64,000 nt of DNA from an uncultured Candidatus Saccharibacteria bacterium (GTDB lineage: Bacteria; Patescibacteriota; Saccharimonadia; Saccharimonadales; CAZICT01), in NCBI GenBank assembly GCA_964537935.1, contig CAZICT010000001.1, positions 70,870 to 134,869 on the forward strand, in the 5' to 3' direction. The position numbers and the translations under genes were made by a program. Positions 54,030-63,308 of this stretch are shown here, piece after piece; position 1 is the first letter of the stretch; every line of letters starts with the position of its first letter. Under the pieces are notes generated by a model. That model saw nothing but the letters and a program-made list of their open reading frames with translations. It searched no databases and was not told the origin of the DNA.

Positions 54030-55240
54030 TAGACTTCAAAGCCTTTCTCCGTCAAACGGAATTTAAGATCGTGGTAAGTGTTGATGAAATTCATGAAAGC
54101 TTCGTACGGCGTTTCGTACGGACTGAAATAGGCGTGAATATCTCCGTCACTAAACCATTTGGTGCACATATAATAAAAGTGGTCGGACGTTTGTAATTTT
54201 CGCCAATCTTCAATCAACTGCCAGTCGCCACTTTTGATTATCGGTGTCTGAAGTTCGTACAAAGCAGTTATGGCCTGATGCTGCATAGGATTACCCAACC
54301 AGGCCGAAAGATCTCGTTCGGTATCAGCCCAGGTTGTGGTGTGCGGTGTATCGACTCTGTCAACCGGATCAAAGCTGTCAGCAGCTTCACTGACCGTCAT
54401 GAACGTATGGCCGTCTCCTGTCAGCCACTTTTCTGGCAGATGTTTTAAAAATTCAAAAATCCCGGAATCGCTCCACTGGTGCTCGCCAAACGTCTCGTAA
54501 TCCATAAATAAGTTAAAGTTTGTAGCTTCACCAGATTCGCTTAGCCAGTGGGTGAACTTATCGGTTGTTAGCGGCCACTCCTTCCAGTGACGGTTACCGA
54601 AGCGGAAAGCAATATCATCGCTCAACTTGTAGTTTTTCATGAGCAGGCGAATGTTATTAGTATAAGTCGGTCGATAGACAAAATTTGGACTGCGCCAACC
54701 GAGGATTGGGTCCCAGCCTTCGGCTAAAATAGCCTTGTAGCCAGCTCTATCAGCCCAGTAAGCTAAATCATTGTTGTAGCTGAGTTCAGTATTTCTAAAA
54801 ACTTGAGGTGTCACGCCAAATAATTGTTGGACCTTATTTTTGTGCATTTCCACTTGGGCCTCGAATTCAGCCAGGGAATAGAAAAAGGCCAAGCTGTGAT
54901 GATAGGTTTCAGCGACAATCTCTACTTTGCCGGTAGAAACAAGCTCCTGGAACGAAGCCAAAGTTGCCGGCGACCAAGCTTCTAGCTGCTCGAGTAAGGT
55001 GCCGGTAATCGACAAACTCACCTTAAACTCCGGATATTTATTCAGGAGCTCAAGCAGCACTTTATTGGTTGGGATATATGATTTATCAGCAACTTTGTGC
55101 ACGATCCTTTCATTATTGGTACGAGCATCATAATCAGCAGCAAAATAGTTATGGTCTACGCCCGGATCAAACACCGTATAGTGCTTTATGCGGTAAGGTT
55201 GGTGTACATGTAAATATAAGACAATGGCTTTTTGACTCAT
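54029..55240 (-). CDS. Glycoside hydrolase family 57 (alpha-glucan acting)
   Basis: 403 aa; N-terminal LHVHQPYR motif typical of GH57; overlaps neighbours by 1 and 4 nt. Confidence 0.75.
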   Translation of the reverse strand: MSQKAIVLYLHVHQPYRIKHYTVFDPGVDHNYFAADYDARTNNERIVHKVADKSYIPTNKVLLELLNKYPEFKVSLSITGTLLEQLEAWSPATLASFQELVSTGKVEIVAETYHHSLAFFYSLAEFEAQVEMHKNKVQQLFGVTPQVFRNTELSYNNDLAYWADRAGYKAILAEGWDPILGWRSPNFVYRPTYTNNIRLLMKNYKLSDDIAFRFGNRHWKEWPLTTDKFTHWLSESGEATNFNLFMDYETFGEHQWSDSGIFEFLKHLPEKWLTGDGHTFMTVSEAADSFDPVDRVDTPHTTTWADTERDLSAWLGNPMQHQAITALYELQTPIIKSGDWQLIEDWRKLQTSDHFYYMCTKWFSDGDIHAYFSPYETPYEAFMNFINTYHDLKFRLTEKGFEV

Positions 55241-56445
55241 GCCGGCACCACCTTTCGATGGTGGTGATTATACAAATCAATCAGTTTATCTGCCGATGCA
55301 TCCCAGCTCAGGCGGTTATACTCTTTTAAAGAATTAGTATGGAGTTCGTCTCTGAGAGAATCGTTCTGAACCACGGCTGTTATCTGATTAGCCATTTCCG
55401 CTACATCCCAAAAGTCAACCTTAAGGCAATTAGTGAGAACTTCAGCGACTCCGGACTGCTTACTAATAAGGGCAGGGGTACCGTAACCAATTGCTTCGAG
55501 CGGCGTTAAGCCGAACGGTTCGGATATTGAGGGCATTACGAACAAATCACCAATTGCATAGGCATCACGCCATTTTTTACCCCTTTGAAAACCGGCGAAC
55601 ATGACATTTTTGCTTATTCCTAGTTCGGCAGCTAGTTGAATAAGCTCAATTTCTTGCTCACCACTCCCAACGATTAGAAAAATTGTTTTCGGAGCTCGGG
55701 CTACGACCTCTTTTGCCGCCCTGAGCAAATTCGGAAGTCCTTTTTGTACAGTTATACGACCAATGTTCACAACCACACGATAGCCTTGCTGCTTCATGCG
55801 GTCTAAATAATGGTAAATATTGCTACCATCCAAAGGCTCTACGGCTGAGATATCCATGCTGTTATGGACCACTTCTATGCGTTCTTCAGGTATGGCATAG
55901 TCACGAATGATGGCGTTTTTGGTTTGTTGGCTAACAGCGATGACCCTATCGGCTAGCATCATCGACATGTATTCGATTTCACGCACCATTGGATTACCGT
56001 AGCCGCCACCGGCACGATCCCGCTCCACCGAATGAACGTGCAAAATCATCGGCTTGTTGGCTTTTTGTCTTGCTCTTACGGCCGCGCGAAAGGTCAACCA
56101 GTCATGGGCATGAATTACATCGAACTCGGTACATTCTACGATCTTTTCTACGGCTTTTTCATAAGCGAACTGCTGCCCGAATATATTGACTACCTCTTCC
56201 TTGCCATCGGTATAAATGTACTTGTAGCTATCATAGGCAATTCCAGATTTAAGGATTTCTTTTACTCCTTGTGGGTGCGCTGCATTGATACGCATAAAAT
56301 CAATGTTGTGTTCGGCGGAGTAGGGGAGAATAAACTCTATATCAACACCTTTTTTTGAGAGAGTCTTACAGAGCTGGTAGCATGCTACACCAAGTCCACC
56401 ACTGTTATGCGGGGGAAGTTCCCACCCCAACATTAATACTTTCAT
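55237..56445 (-). CDS. GT-B glycosyltransferase (GT4/GT5-like, glycogen-synthase-like)
   Basis: 402 aa; MKVLMLGWELPPHNSGGLGVAC N-terminus, C-terminal E-x7-E-like region (EPFGLTPLEA). Confidence 0.8.
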   Translation of the reverse strand: MKVLMLGWELPPHNSGGLGVACYQLCKTLSKKGVDIEFILPYSAEHNIDFMRINAAHPQGVKEILKSGIAYDSYKYIYTDGKEEVVNIFGQQFAYEKAVEKIVECTEFDVIHAHDWLTFRAAVRARQKANKPMILHVHSVERDRAGGGYGNPMVREIEYMSMMLADRVIAVSQQTKNAIIRDYAIPEERIEVVHNSMDISAVEPLDGSNIYHYLDRMKQQGYRVVVNIGRITVQKGLPNLLRAAKEVVARAPKTIFLIVGSGEQEIELIQLAAELGISKNVMFAGFQRGKKWRDAYAIGDLFVMPSISEPFGLTPLEAIGYGTPALISKQSGVAEVLTNCLKVDFWDVAEMANQITAVVQNDSLRDELHTNSLKEYNRLSWDASADKLIDLYNHHHRKVVPA

Positions 56446-56633
56446 ACCCTCTTTTTGCTTGTTTTTAAGTTTGCTTTAACCTCAGTATAGTAAGAATAAT
56501 TACAAAGCACAACCGCGTTAATCAATTACTTTTAAAGCAATATGTGATTAAATATTAGTTTCATACGCTTAACAAGAGAAATGACAAAAGCCAACTTCTT
56601 AGGTATTATTATTTCCGACAGCGCAGCTACCGA

Positions 56634-56709
56634 AGGGGAGTAGCTCAGTTGGTAGAGCACCGGTCTCCAAAACCGGGTGTCGCAGGTTCAAGTCCTGTCT
56701 CCCCTGCCA
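56634..56709 (+). tRNA. tRNA-Trp (anticodon CCA), CCA end encoded
   Basis: Acceptor AGGGGAG/CTCCCCT, anticodon stem-loop ccggt-ctccaaa-accgg, T-loop TTCAAGT. Confidence 0.92.
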
Positions 56710-56746
56710 ACACAAAAGTCCGGCCGCGTGTCGGGCTTTTGTGTTG
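56710..56746 (+). terminator. Hairpin terminator after tRNA-Trp
   Basis: acacaaaagtccgg-ccgcg-tgtcgggcttttgtgt. Confidence 0.55.
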
Positions 56747-56898
56747 ACGGTAATGCACGATTAATACTTTTGTGGCAAATATCGAACTAAGAGTTACAGT
56801 ACTTGATATTCTCGTATTATTATGCTGCGTATTTTATAATATAGGTATGTCTCATAGCGAGGCAGTTCTTTAAAATTTTTTACTAAGGGGATGGACTG

Positions 56899-57486
56899 AT
56901 GAGCAACGATGGCAATGCCGGAGGTATCGTTAGCACTATTGCAGGCATGGCATTACTCTATTGGTTGGCAGTCGGACTGGTCTGGACATTAATTTTCGCA
57001 GTAGCAGCCATCATTCTTGCTTTTGTGATTGGTATAACCCTGCTGTGGGGAGCATTTAATTATATACGCCTTGCCAACAGGGCAATTGCTGATCATAACG
57101 AGACCGAAATCAAACATCTAATAATTGCACCTATGTTGGTGCCTGCAGGAATCATGCTAGGGCTCTTTATGACGGAAGTCATCCACATTGCTCCTATGAT
57201 AGATTTAATGACATTACTCGAGGAAGCCAATGAACATGGATATGATACAGGAGAAAGTGCACTTATAAGCTTTATGCGGCTTATTCTAATGTTTGCTTTT
57301 GCTTTTTTGTATGTACCATTCTTGTGGTTCGGCTGGGCCTTTGCAGGACGCTATTCTTATAAGAATAGTTCTTTCGAAGGTAGCGTACCTATATCCTTCA
57401 GCTTGTGGTTCGGCTGGGGATTTGCTTGGGCATTAGCTATTGGATGGACACACCTCCAAGAGCTCGTCGAGAAACTATCCGGGTAA
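56899..57486 (+). CDS. Hypothetical polytopic membrane protein
   Basis: 195 aa, ~5 TM, Trp/Phe-rich; SD aagggga. Confidence 0.6.
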   Translation: MSNDGNAGGIVSTIAGMALLYWLAVGLVWTLIFAVAAIILAFVIGITLLWGAFNYIRLANRAIADHNETEIKHLIIAPMLVPAGIMLGLFMTEVIHIAPMIDLMTLLEEANEHGYDTGESALISFMRLILMFAFAFLYVPFLWFGWAFAGRYSYKNSSFEGSVPISFSLWFGWGFAWALAIGWTHLQELVEKLSG

Positions 57487-57699
57487 GAAATTTATAGGTG
57501 TGCATATTATATGAGAAATGAACTGTATTGAGTAATTACTCGTACACTTTAACAGTCTCAGAACTTGCGCACCTATTTTCATTGCAAAAACGTATTCAAC
57601 GTTATTTATCTTAATAGCTAGCAACAAGCACGTTTGTAAGTTTTTTAAGCTGTTTTTACTTTGCAATAACACCTTAAATGTTGTAGTGTACATACATAG

Positions 57700-58362
57700 A
57701 TGAGCAAACTGACACTCAACAAACCTTCTATGATAATGCTGTATGGTTTTCCCGGTGCGGGTAAGACTCATTTCGCGCGTCAGTTCTGCGAACAGGTCTA
57801 TGCCGCACACCTGCAAAGCGACCGTATACGCTACGAACTTTTTGAAGACCCAAGACATGACCAGCAAGAAGACCAGGTCATTAGCCACCTGATGCAGTAC
57901 ATGGCTGAAGAATTTTTAAAAGCAGGCGTTAGCGTCGTATACGACATGAACGCAATGCGTATGAGCGATAGAAGACAGCTGAGAGAACTTGCCCGAAAGG
58001 CAAAGGCTCAACCAATCCTTATTTGGTTCCAGATAGATCTTGAAAGCGCGTTTACACGAGTCGTTAAACGCGATCGCCGAAAGGCTGATGATAAATATGC
58101 CAGTCCGCTCGATAGAACGACTTTTGAAAAAATTGTTACCCAAATGAAGAACCCGGCACCAACAGAAGATTATTTTGTAGTCAGCGGCAAGCACACATTC
58201 AAAACCCAGTACAGTGCGATTATCAAACGATTCTATGAAAACGGCCTGATTGCAGCCGACACAGCCAGCGCCAAAGTAGTAAAACCGGGTATGGTTAATC
58301 TGATTCCCAAAGTAAGCGGCGGTCGAGTCGATAACTCGCGAAGAAACATCGTTATACGGTAA
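57700..58362 (+). CDS. P-loop kinase/ATPase (AAA_33 / zeta-toxin-like fold)
   Basis: LYGFPGAGKTHFARQF Walker A at N-terminus; 220 aa. Confidence 0.65.
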   Translation: MSKLTLNKPSMIMLYGFPGAGKTHFARQFCEQVYAAHLQSDRIRYELFEDPRHDQQEDQVISHLMQYMAEEFLKAGVSVVYDMNAMRMSDRRQLRELARKAKAQPILIWFQIDLESAFTRVVKRDRRKADDKYASPLDRTTFEKIVTQMKNPAPTEDYFVVSGKHTFKTQYSAIIKRFYENGLIAADTASAKVVKPGMVNLIPKVSGGRVDNSRRNIVIR

Positions 58363-58366
58363 AAAT

Positions 58367-59122
58367 ATGGCATCAAAACTATTTCATATACCTGACGTTG
58401 GTCAGGTTGTTTTGCACAAACGCAAAGGTACCCGAAGCATGCGCCTCACCATAACCCACGAGGGTGTAGTACGCGTCACCATGCCACCATGGGCACCTTA
58501 CCGCCTAGGAGTAGAGTTTGCCAAAGCCAAGTCCGAATGGATTATCAGTAAGCAAAAGCCACAGGTAATTCTTGAAAATGGGGATGTTATTGGCAAATCT
58601 CATGTGATATCAGTAACTTTAGCGGCAGATTTACAAAAACCATTGGTACGAGTCAATGCCACCTATATAAATTTACGGCTACCGGCAACGATGCCAATCA
58701 GCGATCCATTGGTCCAAAACGAACTTTCAAAAGCAGCTATCAGGGCTCTAAAAAGGCAGGCCGAGCAGATATTGCCACAACGGTTGCGGGCTCTATCGGA
58801 AACATATAACCTGCCATTTAAATCGCTCACTATTAAACGGCTTAAGAGCCGGTGGGGCAGCTGTAATGAACAAAAGAACATTGTTCTTAATTGTTATCTG
58901 ATGCAGCTGCCGTGGGAGCTTATTGACTATGTGATGTTACATGAGTTGACGCATACCAAAGTGATGTCTCACGGAAAGCCCTTCTGGACACAAATGCAAA
59001 CCTACATCGATGATGTTGCGTGGTATAGAAAAGCGATTAAGCAATATCATCCTTCGCTTATACCAATAAAGCAAACTTCTGACTACTCCAGTTCCGGATC
59101 GCGACAGATACAAGTTGCTTAG
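58367..59122 (+). CDS. DUF45/YgjP-like (M48-related) metal-dependent hydrolase
   Basis: LKSRWGSC and HELTH (HExxH) motifs. Confidence 0.75.
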   Translation: MASKLFHIPDVGQVVLHKRKGTRSMRLTITHEGVVRVTMPPWAPYRLGVEFAKAKSEWIISKQKPQVILENGDVIGKSHVISVTLAADLQKPLVRVNATYINLRLPATMPISDPLVQNELSKAAIRALKRQAEQILPQRLRALSETYNLPFKSLTIKRLKSRWGSCNEQKNIVLNCYLMQLPWELIDYVMLHELTHTKVMSHGKPFWTQMQTYIDDVAWYRKAIKQYHPSLIPIKQTSDYSSSGSRQIQVA

Positions 59123-59160
59123 CTGTTTTCTGTAGTGTTTTGTATGTCATAATGGTGCTA

Positions 59161-60321
59161 ATGGCAAAAACCAAGTTAAGTAAACATCGTGGTGCGCGTG
59201 TTCGTGCTGCAGCCAAAAGAGTACGTATGACTGTCAGAAAGCCTGCTGATGCAGAAATTGAACGCGAGCGTTTAACCAGTCTTATCAATAGTATGGCTGA
59301 TGGAGTTATCGCTATTGATAAGAGCGGAAGCATAGTGATAACCAACGGAGCCGCGCTAAACATACTGGACGTTAACACGACTATTGCCGGCATGTCCCTC
59401 AAACAAGTGGTTAAACTTATTGACAAAAACGGTCAAGAGGTTGACCTTGAAAAAATAATTAGGGAAACAAAAACCCAGACCTCATCCAGAGATTGGCGTC
59501 TGCAGTATAAGGATGGAGACACTATTAACCTCTATACTAGTATCGCACCGGTAAGGCTTGGCTATGGACAAGAAGGACTAAAAGGCCATGTAGTGCTGAT
59601 TCGTGACATCACACGAGAAAAATCACTTGAAGAAGAACGCGATGAATTTATTAGCGTCGTCAGTCACGAACTTCGAACACCTATCGCCATTGCTGAAGGT
59701 AATATTAGCAACGCCGAATTTTTGTTCGAAAAATCCGGATTGAAAAACGATACGGTTCAACAGGCACTTAAAGCAGCTCACGACCAAATTACTTTTCTAT
59801 CCGGTATGATGAACGATCTGGCAACACTCTCCCGTGCAGAACGCGGCAAACTAACAGTCGAAATAGAACCAATCAACGCGCTTGAGCTTGTCACGGAAAT
59901 TGCCGCAACCTATAAAACCGATGCAAAAGCTAAAGGGCTTGAGATACGCAACGAGGCCGATCCGCGTCTGGAACTACTCTATACAAGCAGACTATACGCC
60001 AAAGAAATTCTTCAAAACTTCGTTACTAACGCCATTAAATACACCGAGAAAGGTCACGTAACCATAGGTGCGCATGCACATGATAATGGCGTTGAATTTT
60101 ACGTAACGGATACTGGCATAGGCATAAGCAAGGCCGATCAGGAAAAGATATTCGATAAGTTCTTCAGAAGCGAGGATTACCGCACAAGAGCCAGCACCGG
60201 CACCGGATTAGGGCTGTACGTTACGATGAAATTAGCAAGGCTCTTGCACGCTGAAATCGATATTAGGAGCGAGATAAATAAAGGTTCTACCTTTACGATT
60301 TTTATGCCTAACCTTCAGTGA
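59161..60321 (+). CDS. Cytoplasmic PAS-domain sensor histidine kinase (no cognate response regulator nearby)
   Basis: H-box SVVSHELRTPI; N, G1 (DTGIGI) and G2 (GTGLGLY) boxes; ORF opens at 59140, ATG 59161 lies 7 nt after TGtCATAAT. Confidence 0.85.
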   Translation: MAKTKLSKHRGARVRAAAKRVRMTVRKPADAEIERERLTSLINSMADGVIAIDKSGSIVITNGAALNILDVNTTIAGMSLKQVVKLIDKNGQEVDLEKIIRETKTQTSSRDWRLQYKDGDTINLYTSIAPVRLGYGQEGLKGHVVLIRDITREKSLEEERDEFISVVSHELRTPIAIAEGNISNAEFLFEKSGLKNDTVQQALKAAHDQITFLSGMMNDLATLSRAERGKLTVEIEPINALELVTEIAATYKTDAKAKGLEIRNEADPRLELLYTSRLYAKEILQNFVTNAIKYTEKGHVTIGAHAHDNGVEFYVTDTGIGISKADQEKIFDKFFRSEDYRTRASTGTGLGLYVTMKLARLLHAEIDIRSEINKGSTFTIFMPNLQ

Positions 60322-60610
60322 TAATCTGTTGTCTTGGTTGTTGAAGTTGTTCTATGAGGCTGGTAGTATGGCGGACATTTGATTCCAGCTCAATTCCGGC
60401 CTCCCAGGTTCTCCAAGCTACCGGAATGGCAGTTGCAGTAAGTGAGGCGCCTATTACTGGCTGCCCATTATCCATAAGCAGTATGCCTGCGCCCGCCAAA
60501 GCACTTGCGCCAATCGCAATACCTTTGCTTACTATCTCTGCAGCCCTTAAAAACTTGATTTCTATAACCATGTCAGCAACGCTTCGTTCTGGTTGCTCCA
60601 CTCTGTTCAT
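60308..60610 (-). CDS. Hypothetical 100-aa protein with Gly/Ala-rich TM segment
   Basis: ORF downstream of GT2 on the same strand; overlaps the HK 3' end by 14 nt; no SD. Confidence 0.3.
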   Translation of the reverse strand: MNRVEQPERSVADMVIEIKFLRAAEIVSKGIAIGASALAGAGILLMDNGQPVIGASLTATAIPVAWRTWEAGIELESNVRHTTSLIEQLQQPRQQIITEG

Positions 60611-60630
60611 GCCGTAAAGTATATATTTAA

Positions 60631-62148
60631 CTAGATTTTTGGCAAGCGAGGCGTTACATGCATAACCGGAATGCAGACATTACGTTCTTTCCATATAACT
60701 TTTCCGAATTCATACCTATACATAGATAAAATGAGCAAGCCTAATTCAGAAATAACCACGGCCGGGAAATTAATGAATGCCAAAGGTACGTTGGCCGGAC
60801 AGGTAATGTGAATTATCAGCGTATGTGTAAGTGTAAGTAAAAACGAGCTGATTATGGCGCCCGTAGCCAATATGATGTTTCCAAACAATATTGACGCTAT
60901 TGCCAGCACGAACGGTCCGATCAAAAACAGTAGTTCAGCTGCAAAAAGCAACATTATATTCTCAGGGCGGCGCTTAAGCTGAGGATAGCGAGTTCTGATA
61001 GCGGTATTGCGCTGTTCTTCGAATGACTTTACGGTTTGCACATCCAGCTCTTCGTCAGCCCGAATAAAGCTGTAGGCGTCATCTCGTACGGCTAATTCAC
61101 GCGCAAAGTAAGTTTCGGGAATAATTGCTCGGCTGACGGCCTTGAAGCCACCAAGAGAGTTTAACGCCTGTCGTGTAATCAGCCAACAGGTACTAAGTGC
61201 CGGCGGACGATTAAAGAAGCGCCTCGGAGGCACCAGTTCCCACCAATAGCGCATTGGTTGGATTAACGTGCCGTCAGGTGTCGCATAATGTCGCAGAGGC
61301 AGTACGCTTATCATGGATTTTTTACGATTTAACATAGTCGTAACAAGTGCTCTTATCGCCCGTGGCCCAAACCGGGTATCAACGCCGCAAAACATCAATA
61401 TTTCACCGGTAGCTTCATCTCGTAATTTTTCGTATGCCTGATTTTTTGCCAACCATCTATCTTGCGGCTCACTGCCACTAATAAACCGTACGCCATCATG
61501 AGCAAAACTTTTAATAATTTCGGCTGTTTTATCTTGAGAACAATCGTCATATACAAGTATTTCGAGCTTTGGATAATCGTTTGCAATCAGTGAGTGAAGA
61601 CAAGCCTCAAGGTCAGTCGTTTCGTTGCGGGCCGGAATAGCTACGCTGACCGTCGGCAATTCACTATCGGCAAAATGATTTGTATTTTTGCGGTGAGTTG
61701 CCTTGGTGATAGTACGTAACAGCGACAAAAATGCCATCGCACTAACAAAAACCTGTATTGTTACCAACGTATAAAGAACTGGCCAAGAGAGCAAATTAAG
61801 CTTATCCGGGTAGCGCACCGAAAGAAGCAGCATAACTAAGCTGATTATAATAAGCACTAAACTTGAACGAAGCGTGTGGTGTCTTAAGTATTGCTCATGC
61901 ATACGTCCCTTAATAACTCGTGCCAAATTGAAAATTCTAAAAGCAAACACAAATGCCAAACATAACCAAAAAGCTATCGGAACATTCGGTATGACCGCAA
62001 ATGCCGTGAATGCCACGATTGCCACGGTCAAGCTGGCAAGCATTGCGCGCCATCGCCACAGTGGCCTGAACATAAGTAGTGACAGCTCGACAACAACAGT
62101 TATTAGGAATAAAAGCACTATCATTATTACAATAAAACTATAACTCAA
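60631..62148 (-). CDS. Membrane-embedded family 2 glycosyltransferase (synthase-like: TM-GT2-TM)
   Basis: 505 aa; VSVAIPARNE, YDDCSQD (DxD-type) motifs flanked by multiple TM helices. Confidence 0.8.
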   Translation of the reverse strand: MSYSFIVIMIVLLFLITVVVELSLLMFRPLWRWRAMLASLTVAIVAFTAFAVIPNVPIAFWLCLAFVFAFRIFNLARVIKGRMHEQYLRHHTLRSSLVLIIISLVMLLLSVRYPDKLNLLSWPVLYTLVTIQVFVSAMAFLSLLRTITKATHRKNTNHFADSELPTVSVAIPARNETTDLEACLHSLIANDYPKLEILVYDDCSQDKTAEIIKSFAHDGVRFISGSEPQDRWLAKNQAYEKLRDEATGEILMFCGVDTRFGPRAIRALVTTMLNRKKSMISVLPLRHYATPDGTLIQPMRYWWELVPPRRFFNRPPALSTCWLITRQALNSLGGFKAVSRAIIPETYFARELAVRDDAYSFIRADEELDVQTVKSFEEQRNTAIRTRYPQLKRRPENIMLLFAAELLFLIGPFVLAIASILFGNIILATGAIISSFLLTLTHTLIIHITCPANVPLAFINFPAVVISELGLLILSMYRYEFGKVIWKERNVCIPVMHVTPRLPKI

Positions 62149-62218
62149 GCACAGATAACCCGCCAGCTAAAGGCTAGTTGATAATAAAATGTTGGCAAGC
62201 AGTCTTACCCGTGTTATA

Positions 62219-62246
62219 TTGACATCTGACGAACATACCATAATGG
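62219..62246 (+). promoter_or_regulatory. Possible promoter for secE-nusG
   Basis: TTGACA-N16-TAATGG (weak -10). Confidence 0.35.
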
Positions 62247-62272
62247 TATGTTTTTAAATTTTAGGAGAACTT

Positions 62273-62677
62273 ATGGCCGCTGAGGAATCAAAAAAGAAGC
62301 GCCGCATAAAGAAGGTAGAGACTGTTCGGGAGAAAACCGAAAAATCCACAACTGCTAAGCCAAAGCCTCATCGCATAAAGCGAGCAGCATCGGGTGTAAA
62401 GCGGCCTATTATTGCTGCACGGAATGTCGCACGCAAGGAATATCACATCGTTAAACCTAAAGAAGGCAAGGAATCTGGCTTCTTTACTAAAAGCCGCCGG
62501 CTTACTCCGGGTTTTTTGGTAAATGCCTGGAAAGAACTTCGTCAGGTCACCTGGCCGTCACGCGGGGAAACTTTTAAGCTTACCTTAGCGGTGCTGATTT
62601 TTGCTGTCGTGCTCGGGCTAGCTATCGCCGGAGTCGATTATCTACTACAAAAGCTATTTAGAGAGGTAATTTTATAA
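62273..62677 (+). CDS. secE: Protein translocase subunit SecE with ~70-aa basic N-terminal extension
   Basis: C-terminal ELRQVTWPSRGET + single TM (LAVLIFAVVLGLAIAGV). Confidence 0.8.
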   Translation: MAAEESKKKRRIKKVETVREKTEKSTTAKPKPHRIKRAASGVKRPIIAARNVARKEYHIVKPKEGKESGFFTKSRRLTPGFLVNAWKELRQVTWPSRGETFKLTLAVLIFAVVLGLAIAGVDYLLQKLFREVIL

Positions 62678-62761
62678 TGAGTCCCCTTAGGAAATATGCG
62701 GGACAAAAAAGAGGAGCAAATATGAAACTACAGTATGTTAACGGAGAGGATTTCTAACAGG

Positions 62762-63304
62762 ATGAGTAAACGCTACGATTCGCACAAACAATGGTATGCG
62801 ATCCATACCTATAGCGGCTATGAAGAAAAGGTCGCCGAAAGTATCAGGCAACGTGCAGAAAGCCTTGATATGCGGGACAAAATCTTCCAGGTTTTGGTAC
62901 CCAAAGAGAAAATGATAGAAGTTAAAAACGGTAAACGCAAAGTCGTAGAAAAGCGTATTTTTCAAGGCTATGTCATGGTTCAGATGAAAATGAGCGAAGA
63001 CGCCTGGTATATCGTACGTAATACACCTTCAGTTACCGGATTTGTTGGTTCAGGATCAGAGCCAACGCCAATCAGCACGGAAGAGATCGAAAAGATTATG
63101 AAGCGCATGGGCCGTGAAGAACCGAAGCACAAAATTGATTTCAAAGAAGGCGAAGTGGTCAATATCATTGATGGGCCATTCAAAGGCTTTGACGGTACGA
63201 TTAACGAGATCGACGTCGCCAAAGGCAAGCTTAAAGTGCTGGTCAACATGTTCGGCCGCGAAACCCCAGTCGAACTCGACAGCCTCCAGGTAAAGCGAGT
63301 GTAA
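62762..63304 (+). CDS. nusG: Transcription termination/antitermination factor NusG
   Basis: WYAIHTYSGYEEKV NGN start, KOW (GEVVNIIDGPFKGFDGTI); ORF opens at 62735. Confidence 0.92.
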   Translation: MSKRYDSHKQWYAIHTYSGYEEKVAESIRQRAESLDMRDKIFQVLVPKEKMIEVKNGKRKVVEKRIFQGYVMVQMKMSEDAWYIVRNTPSVTGFVGSGSEPTPISTEEIEKIMKRMGREEPKHKIDFKEGEVVNIIDGPFKGFDGTINEIDVAKGKLKVLVNMFGRETPVELDSLQVKRV

Positions 63305-63308
63305 TCTT

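Noticed and set aside
57475-57888. 137-aa minus-strand ORF covering the 56899/57700 intergenic region
   Set aside because: Its N-terminal half is antisense to the P-loop region of the kinase gene. The rest covers an AT-rich spacer with a long hairpin (aggtgtgca...tgcgcacct). There are no start signals.
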